From: an uncultured archaeon
GTDB taxonomy: Archaea; Asgardarchaeota; Hermodarchaeia; Hermodarchaeales; Hermodarchaeaceae
Assembly: GCA_964347045.1 (NCBI GenBank)
Contig: CAYFXC010000003.1
Location: 51,669-115,668, forward strand
DNA length: 64,000 nt
Direction: 5' to 3'
In this document: positions 37,682-44,285 of the stretch, in pieces
Layout of the letters: each line of letters opens with the position of its first letter
Numbering within the stretch: the first letter of the stretch is position 1
The notes under the pieces: model-generated
Databases searched by the model: none
Seen by the model: the letters and a program-made list of their open reading frames with translations, nothing else
Told to the model about the DNA's origin: nothing
Made by a program: the position numbers and the translations under genes

Positions 37682-38647
37682 CTAGGAGAGTTTGGTTTGA
37701 CGTAGTTTTGTTGAAGGTGTTTCACTCAGTTCCTCTTCATTCATGAGATTGCTGATAGAAAGGTTGATGTCATCTACCGCGGTGCGATTGAAGGTGACTA
37801 GGCCGGCTTCCCAGGATTGTCCTCCGGTTGATGTTGGGATGAAATTCATTGATGTGATGAGTGCGATACGTCGATCGATAAGGATAATTTTTGCATGAAC
37901 CCTGTCATTCTTAATCAAATTTACTCCTGCCTTCTGGAGCCGGTTATGGCATTTCATTTTTGCAGTCTTATAAACCTCGACTCGGTCAAGTTCTGGTGGA
38001 CGAGTGATAAGAGTCACGTTTTTACCCTTCTGGGCTGAAAAACGGATTGTATCACTGAGATCACAATCTTGGACAAAAGGATTTACAACAATAACTTCTG
38101 TTTTCGCTAAGTCAATGAGATTTTTAGATAGCTGATCCAGCTTCGACCCTGTCAGGTAAAAATGCTCTGCGTTCATATCGAATTGAAGTTTTAAAAGATG
38201 AATCCACTTCTTGATCCAAGCAATGAGCTCGTCTTGTTGTTCCTCCTTGAAAATGCCTTGAACAGGTTTCTCAATTTCTTCTTGCGGTTCTTCTTCTAAT
38301 GGTTGAGTATGTATCTTCAAGAATTGTTGATATTCCCTATTAAGCTCAGCGCGAAGTGTGTAGGTCTCATTGGGTTGCTTTGTAATCTCTTTGGCATCAG
38401 ACAGCTCTTGCAGGACATCATTAAGGGTTTGACGTGAGAGGCCTGTAATATCGCGAATTGTTCCCCAGGGAAGCGGACCATATTCCGCAAGAACTCTAAT
38501 CACCCATCCCTTCCACGTGCCCCAATAGGTTGGTTTTTCTCCCTCGTGGCTTTTTCCCAGTATGTTTCGCCAGTCCGCAATGATTTTTTCTTTAATCTTC
38601 TTCGCGCCTTCAACAATTTGCTTACGTGGACCCACCATATTCCACAC
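37682..38647 (-). CDS. Winged-helix DNA-binding domain fused to a single-HKD phospholipase-D-family (Nuc-like) nuclease domain
   Basis: It has the wHTH-like WGTIRDITGLSRQTLNDVLQELSDAKEI and the HKD motif HAKIILIDRRIALITSMN (HxKxxxxD...SxN). Confidence 0.65.
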   Translation of the reverse strand: MWNMVGPRKQIVEGAKKIKEKIIADWRNILGKSHEGEKPTYWGTWKGWVIRVLAEYGPLPWGTIRDITGLSRQTLNDVLQELSDAKEITKQPNETYTLRAELNREYQQFLKIHTQPLEEEPQEEIEKPVQGIFKEEQQDELIAWIKKWIHLLKLQFDMNAEHFYLTGSKLDQLSKNLIDLAKTEVIVVNPFVQDCDLSDTIRFSAQKGKNVTLITRPPELDRVEVYKTAKMKCHNRLQKAGVNLIKNDRVHAKIILIDRRIALITSMNFIPTSTGGQSWEAGLVTFNRTAVDDINLSISNLMNEEELSETPSTKLRQTKLS

Positions 38648-38891
38648 ACCTCACATCTAGTACTTTTCTCAACGAAAATACTATAAGAAACTGCTTACAG
38701 CCACTTCACACTCTACTGGTAGTTGAAAAATCATTAGCTCCTCTCCTTTTTTCGATAAAAGTGTGTTAATGCTCCTCTAATTCTGGAAAACCAGCCGTAA
38801 CGCATATAAAATAGTCAAAATACGCGCACCACTCGCACTCCTCTCATCCGAATTTGGCGTCTTAAATACGCCACTAAGAGGTCACCAGTGG

Positions 38892-40862
38892 ATGACCGAT
38901 TCCCAAAATCAACCTCAACATGCTCCGCATCCCCCAACTTCTTTTCTTCCCCGTTCTACACACAGCCCCGAAGCTCAACACCTTCTCAATATCTATGGAT
39001 TCACCGCTTGGAATACTCTCGAACGCGACCTCAACCGCCACCCCTATCTTAGACACCGCACTACCTTCCCCCTAGCCTACACACACGCCCTCTGGCACCG
39101 TATCCTCACTGCTGCTCGTAATGACGGACACCTCACCGACACCACCTACAAATCCCTCGAAACTATCACCGGCATCCCCGCTGGACGACTCCGCGACTGG
39201 CGTCTCGGCGAAAAAGAACCCCACCTCGAACGCACTCTCCAAATCCACGAAACCGCCCGACAATACTGGGAACACACCCTCCCCCAAGAAGCCAAACAAC
39301 ACCTCATTGATCCCTCCCTTGTCTACACCACCTTCCACCCCCTCCTTGACCACACCGAAACACATACTCTCGAAGCCCCTACCACCGGCATCAAAACCCT
39401 CTATCACCACAACAAAAACCAACGCCTCATAATCGCCGAACTCAAACCCTACCACAAAACCGGACCCCAACAACTCCGCACCATCGCCCACGCAATCATT
39501 GAACATCGATCTGAACTCGAACACAAACTCACCAAACGGCTAAATCTCCCCAACACCCACGAAGAACTCCGGATCGCCGTCGACCACGGCACCCTCTACC
39601 TCTGGCGCAAAACCACCCACCCCGACCACTGGCTCAACACCTATAGAAACGAACTCCTCTACCTTACACCCAAAATCAAAGAAGACCTCATCAACAAGGC
39701 ACGACGCCACCTCAACGTCAATACCCAACAACTCGGACAACTCCTCGCCCAACTCACCGACCACAAAGGTGAACGAAGCCACACTCCACGAGCCGCACCC
39801 TACGAACTCACACACTTCAGTCCCAGTCTCCACGGCAACACCCTCCACCTTCTCCTCGACGCAGCCGACCAAACGGTCGATGCAATCAAACCGTATATTA
39901 CCCAAATCGGACGCATCGCCAACCACGAAAAAGGTGGAGGTATCCAAAATCCACGTTTCCCCCAAGGCAGAGAACTCGACATATTACGCGCACGTCTTCT
40001 TGCTATCGGACTCAGCGATTGTCATATCCACAAAGACACTCGTGTAATGTCTTATCATGAAAACGATCTAAATCGCATTAGGTATGTGACTAGTTTATTC
40101 CGAAGACTAGGGGATTGTACTTACAAACTTGAATTCCTCCGGGGAAATCGCACCCGTCTAACCATAACTGCTCCTGTGGGACGGCTTCTCGAATATTGGG
40201 GCGTCCCACGCGGCGATAAGCATCTTTACCCTAATGCTAGATTACCCGAAGTGGTTCGTTTGGGGAAACCCAAAGTGAAGCAAGCCTACCTCGCTGAAGT
40301 AATCCCCGAAGATGGATTTTTTGTCAATCGCGCAGGTGCTTACAAATTTGGGATTAAACGAGCCCAAATTCTCGACGCCGGTTTAAAATCAAAAATTTAT
40401 GGCTATCCTACAAAAATTACTCCGAAACATACAGGTTTGATTAAAAAATATGGAGTAAAGCGAAAACAAGCAATACGGGACAATAGACCACGAAACGAAA
40501 TAACATTGACAAAAGGGAGGTTAAAAGAATTAATCAGAAAAGGAGAAACGCAAAAAGATCAACACATAGCTCAACAATTGGAAGTAATAATCAAGACAAA
40601 TCCTTCTCAGTTACTTAAAGACGAAAAGGAGCTGGCAGAAAGCTTAGGGATCAAGATGCAAATGATTTTCAAAGAACTTAAACTCCAAGAATCTGGGCGA
40701 GTCTCTACCCTCTGGGAAATCTATACCAAATCCTCAACAGACACTCTTCAATGGGCAACCCTTGCAGAACCAAGCTCTGGAGAAAAACAGAGTGCAGTGA
40801 GAGATTGGATTATCAAATACCAAGGAAAGAATTCTATAGATTCTACTAAGGCGGAGCTATAG
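38892..40862 (+). CDS. Large hypothetical protein whose C-terminal half carries two LAGLIDADG-like motifs about 100 aa apart; the N-terminal ~360 aa are H/T/P/L-rich
   Basis: The motifs are LLAIGLSDCH and YLAEVIPEDGFF, spaced as in double-motif LAGLIDADG enzymes. There is a possible HTH (TITGIPAGRLRDW). The nucleotide composition of the 5' 1.1 kb is extreme. Confidence 0.4.
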   Translation: MTDSQNQPQHAPHPPTSFLPRSTHSPEAQHLLNIYGFTAWNTLERDLNRHPYLRHRTTFPLAYTHALWHRILTAARNDGHLTDTTYKSLETITGIPAGRLRDWRLGEKEPHLERTLQIHETARQYWEHTLPQEAKQHLIDPSLVYTTFHPLLDHTETHTLEAPTTGIKTLYHHNKNQRLIIAELKPYHKTGPQQLRTIAHAIIEHRSELEHKLTKRLNLPNTHEELRIAVDHGTLYLWRKTTHPDHWLNTYRNELLYLTPKIKEDLINKARRHLNVNTQQLGQLLAQLTDHKGERSHTPRAAPYELTHFSPSLHGNTLHLLLDAADQTVDAIKPYITQIGRIANHEKGGGIQNPRFPQGRELDILRARLLAIGLSDCHIHKDTRVMSYHENDLNRIRYVTSLFRRLGDCTYKLEFLRGNRTRLTITAPVGRLLEYWGVPRGDKHLYPNARLPEVVRLGKPKVKQAYLAEVIPEDGFFVNRAGAYKFGIKRAQILDAGLKSKIYGYPTKITPKHTGLIKKYGVKRKQAIRDNRPRNEITLTKGRLKELIRKGETQKDQHIAQQLEVIIKTNPSQLLKDEKELAESLGIKMQMIFKELKLQESGRVSTLWEIYTKSSTDTLQWATLAEPSSGEKQSAVRDWIIKYQGKNSIDSTKAEL

Positions 40863-40888
40863 AAAATGCTGAGAGGCAATCAAGGCAA

Positions 40889-42094
40889 TTAACGGCGCCA
40901 AGCTTTGATTCGGTTCCGTTCTTCTCGACTCTTCTCTTGGAACCATGCCCAGGGCTTCTCTTCTTGCTTCCCATCGGGGTATGAAAGTATAATTCGGTCA
41001 GTGCAGGAGAAGCAGGGGTCTATCGAAGCCAGGGCGATGGGGATGTCGGCGATTTTGCCGCCTTTGAGCATTTCGATGACGCTGGGGATGTTGGCGTAGG
41101 TGGGGGCGCGGGCTTTGTGGCGTTCGGGTTTGTCGGTGCCGTTGCTGACGACGTAGTGGAGGACTTCGCCGCGGGGGGCTTCGAAGGTGCTGAGGGCGTG
41201 GCCGGGTGGGATGCGGCGGGGGGTGCGGGTGCTGATGTCGCCTGTGGGGAGGGTGGTGAGCCAGTGGGTGACGGTGGTGCAGGCGTCGAGGGTTTCGAGC
41301 ATGCGGACGACGACGCGGCCGGCGACGTCGCACATGTCGGAGGTGCGGACTTCCCAGGTGGTGCCGAGGGTTTCTTGGTAGGGGGTGCGGGGTTGGGTGG
41401 CGCGGACGTCCCAGTCGATGTTGGAGGCGCGGGCGGTGGGTCCGGTGGCGCAGAGGGCTTTGCCGACGTCGGTTTTGAGGATGCCGACGCCGATGGCGCG
41501 GTCGAGGATCGTTTGTTCGGCTAACACGAGTTTGATGTAGTGGTTGACGCGGTCTTTGATTTTTTCCAGGCGGTCTACCATGCTGGGGATTTGGCTTTTC
41601 TCGATGTCGTGGCGGACGCCGCCGATGATGTTGTTGGCGTAGTTGACGCGGTTCCCACAGATTTCTTCGATCATGTCCATGCTTAATTCGCGGTCCCGCC
41701 AGGAATAATGGAACAGGGTATCCCAGCCGATTTCGTGGCCGGCTATGCCGAGCCAGAGGATGTGGCTGTGGATGCGGTTGAGCTCGTTCATGATGGCACG
41801 AATGTACAAACCCCGTTTGGGAACATCCAAGTCCAGAATCTCTTCGACGGCTTGAACATATGTTGTGGTGTGGGCTTGAGAGCAAATCCCGCAAATGCGT
41901 TCGGCGAGGTAAATGTTTTGGCTAAAACTTCGACTTTCAAAGGCTTTTTCGATGCCGCGATGGACATAGCCGATTCGCGCTTCGACGTCGACAACAATTT
42001 CTCCGTCGACGGTGATGGTGAAGTTTTCCGGCTCCTTGAGTGCGGGGTGTTGGGGACCGATGGGGATGGTCATCGTTGTGGGTGGTTTAGCCAT
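40889..42094 (-). CDS. Group 4 (Mbh/Ech-type) [NiFe]-hydrogenase large subunit, NuoD homologue
   Basis: Both Ni-Fe ligand motifs are retained: RICGICSQAH near the N-terminus and DPCFSCTDR near the C-terminus. A tail of about 34 aa follows the second motif. Confidence 0.9.
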   Translation of the reverse strand: MAKPPTTMTIPIGPQHPALKEPENFTITVDGEIVVDVEARIGYVHRGIEKAFESRSFSQNIYLAERICGICSQAHTTTYVQAVEEILDLDVPKRGLYIRAIMNELNRIHSHILWLGIAGHEIGWDTLFHYSWRDRELSMDMIEEICGNRVNYANNIIGGVRHDIEKSQIPSMVDRLEKIKDRVNHYIKLVLAEQTILDRAIGVGILKTDVGKALCATGPTARASNIDWDVRATQPRTPYQETLGTTWEVRTSDMCDVAGRVVVRMLETLDACTTVTHWLTTLPTGDISTRTPRRIPPGHALSTFEAPRGEVLHYVVSNGTDKPERHKARAPTYANIPSVIEMLKGGKIADIPIALASIDPCFSCTDRIILSYPDGKQEEKPWAWFQEKSREERNRIKAWRR

Positions 42095-42108
42095 AGTGGG
42101 TCAACTAC

Positions 42109-42122
42109 CTGAAAGCTTTCAG
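42109..42122. promoter_or_regulatory. Perfect 14-nt palindrome in the 5' leader of the hydrogenase large-subunit gene
   Basis: CTGAAAGCTTTCAG lies 15-28 nt upstream of the start codon at 42094. Confidence 0.35.
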
Positions 42123-42333
42123 TGTAGTCACTTCATGCCTTTTTCTTCCTTAAGAAATTAACCGTCAAACAAAGTTATACCCGGCTTTATATACCACGGC
42201 TGGGCTTTGAAGACCATCAACGAGGCCGAAATGATTCCAAACTTTGAGGTTAGATTGCTCTGTAAGAGTGGTTGGATGGGTGTCCCACATTTCTTTGAAT
42301 CGAGAAAAAGCATGGTATTCAAAATGCAAAAGA

Positions 42334-43161
42334 TTAGTTGTTTGGTTTTTTAGATAGGCGTGTGTAGCCGTAGATAATGACTAAGGTGATGCTGTAGATG
42401 GAGTACAGTATAATGATAGCAAGAAAGTACCATTGTAACTGAATGAGACCTAAGATTTCTACGAATAGGGCAAGTGAGAAGTTGAACGAAGCGTGGAAAA
42501 TAATGGCGCCCAATACGCTGCCATTGGTGTTATTTACAATCCATGTGATAATGATGGATATGAACACAATTAATATGATGAAACCTAGAAAATTAAGGAA
42601 ATCAAATTGTCCCTCCTCAAGTCCAAGTAGCAGATAAATGGGTAAATGCCAGAATCCCCAGAATACCCCAAGAATGAGGCTTGACCCTAAGGCGTTAAAC
42701 CGTGATTGCAGGCGTGGTAATGCGAATCCCCGCCAACCCAGTTCTTCTCCAGTAGCACCAATCACCACACTACCAATTAACCAAAACAAACCAATAATCC
42801 CGTCAAAGGGCATATGAGGTCCAGGGATTGGATTGCCAAGACCTATGTATAGCCCTATGGTAAGAAGAGCAATCGCGAAAGGAGAAAAAGCTGCAAGATA
42901 CCAACCAATTCCGATTCTCCATATCCCCATTTTTCCTACTAATTTCCTGATTCCGTTCCATTCTTTCAGAATTAATAATATCACGATGAATGCGGCAATG
43001 CTTGGAGCCCAGGGAGGAAGAAGTTGGAGCACAGGAAGTGGTATTACTACCGCAATACCACTTGCCCCAATAAAAAGTACAAAAGTTAGAACAAAGAACC
43101 ACAAGAGAACAGATCCACTCGAGGATATCCGTGTTTCAGTGGCGGTCGTTTCAAGTGTCAT
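42334..43161 (-). CDS. CPBP-family (CAAX/Abi) intramembrane metalloprotease
   Basis: It has GEELGWRGF, FWGFWHLP and HASFN motifs in a polytopic protein. Confidence 0.85.
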   Translation of the reverse strand: MTLETTATETRISSSGSVLLWFFVLTFVLFIGASGIAVVIPLPVLQLLPPWAPSIAAFIVILLILKEWNGIRKLVGKMGIWRIGIGWYLAAFSPFAIALLTIGLYIGLGNPIPGPHMPFDGIIGLFWLIGSVVIGATGEELGWRGFALPRLQSRFNALGSSLILGVFWGFWHLPIYLLLGLEEGQFDFLNFLGFIILIVFISIIITWIVNNTNGSVLGAIIFHASFNFSLALFVEILGLIQLQWYFLAIIILYSIYSITLVIIYGYTRLSKKPNN

Positions 43162-43539
43162 AATATTTCAAGGCAAAACAATTGAAAGTTATTCAAATAC
43201 CTTCATAAACCGGCTAGTTCAGAATTTTCTATGACAAATCTAACCTTCTTTACAAGTTTTATTACTGTAACCTAGGTGTTGGTCTGAAAAATTTCGAAAC
43301 GATCTATTGTCTGGCTTTTTGGTACCAAGGTAATTTGGATTTGGCCAATGGTTTCCCTAAGAAATTAACTGTCAGACTATGATATACTTGATTATTTTTA
43401 GGGCGCATTCTGGTCATGAAACCCCTAGAACCCTTTCTCGTCTTTCTAAAATTTAGATAACGAGTATTTTACTAGTTCATAGAAAAAAGATTGACAGGTG
43501 CCCCCAAGAGGGGACACCAATGAAGGAAGTTCCCTTAAT

Positions 43540-43920
43540 CTACCTAAAAGCGTCTCTGACGAAGAAAAGATAGATGACGATGATGAGCGGGATGGCCACG
43601 ACGATCAATTGTGAGAAGTCAAGAAAACCAGAATTATAGAAACCATAGATGCCAATGATTAGGGCAATAATGTTGTAGAACATTGTGATCATCCAGGCCC
43701 ACCCTTTCAGACCCCAGAGTCCCCAGAAGAGAATAAGACCAATGATTCCCCAGATAATCATGAATGCACCGATTGCCATTAAGATTATCCCAATAATTGG
43801 GATGGCTAAGCCAGCCATCAGTGAGAGAGCACCAATCGCAAGCATTGCAATTGCGCCAAGTAGTTGTAGAATGGCGATGATAGTTACGCCCGTTGGACGT
43901 TCAGCCATTTTTTTCACCAA
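43540..43920 (-). CDS. Small integral membrane protein (four predicted TM helices)
   Basis: This is a 126-aa, strongly hydrophobic ORF. Confidence 0.5.
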   Translation of the reverse strand: MVKKMAERPTGVTIIAILQLLGAIAMLAIGALSLMAGLAIPIIGIILMAIGAFMIIWGIIGLILFWGLWGLKGWAWMITMFYNIIALIIGIYGFYNSGFLDFSQLIVVAIPLIIVIYLFFVRDAFR

Positions 43921-44285
43921 TTTAGTTTTGGACTATGAATTACCTTACAACAGAAGCTACTTCTGTTATAGAAGTAATTATCCCTCGGTCCTACTATTCT
44001 CCTTATAAATTAGGCAGGTCCGTCAAAGGATTCAAAGAAAAGCTTCTTTTTTTCTTAAACACAAGAGTTTTTCTCACAAATATTTCTCAACGTAGTATTC
44101 TGAACACCAACCAATTTGAATTCAACAAGTAATACTTGATGCGGATTCAAATGGGGTCCAGAAATCTGAGAAAGACATTTGAGCGATACCTCATTTAATG
44201 CGTCTCCCCAGAAGCTTTTGTTAACTCTCAAGCGTCTTAAATAGGAGATAATCCTAACAGTCTCTAGTCGTGGAGAGTACGAAAT

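Noticed and set aside
39072-39982. Several ORFs of 60-150 aa overlapping the 5' half of the 656-aa gene: 39072..39524, 39540..39965 and 39800..39982 on the minus strand, and 39121..39432 on the plus strand.
   Set aside because: Their composition is G/V/E-rich or P/T/S-rich and low in complexity. They are by-products of the extreme C-rich, G-poor skew of this segment.
40998-41894. A 298-aa R/P/H-rich ORF on the minus strand, plus the 135-aa G/A-rich ORF at 41117..41524 on the plus strand.
   Set aside because: Both lie wholly inside the well-supported [NiFe]-hydrogenase large-subunit gene. They have low-complexity composition. The local 70-77% GC explains them, because it removes stop codons from the other frames.
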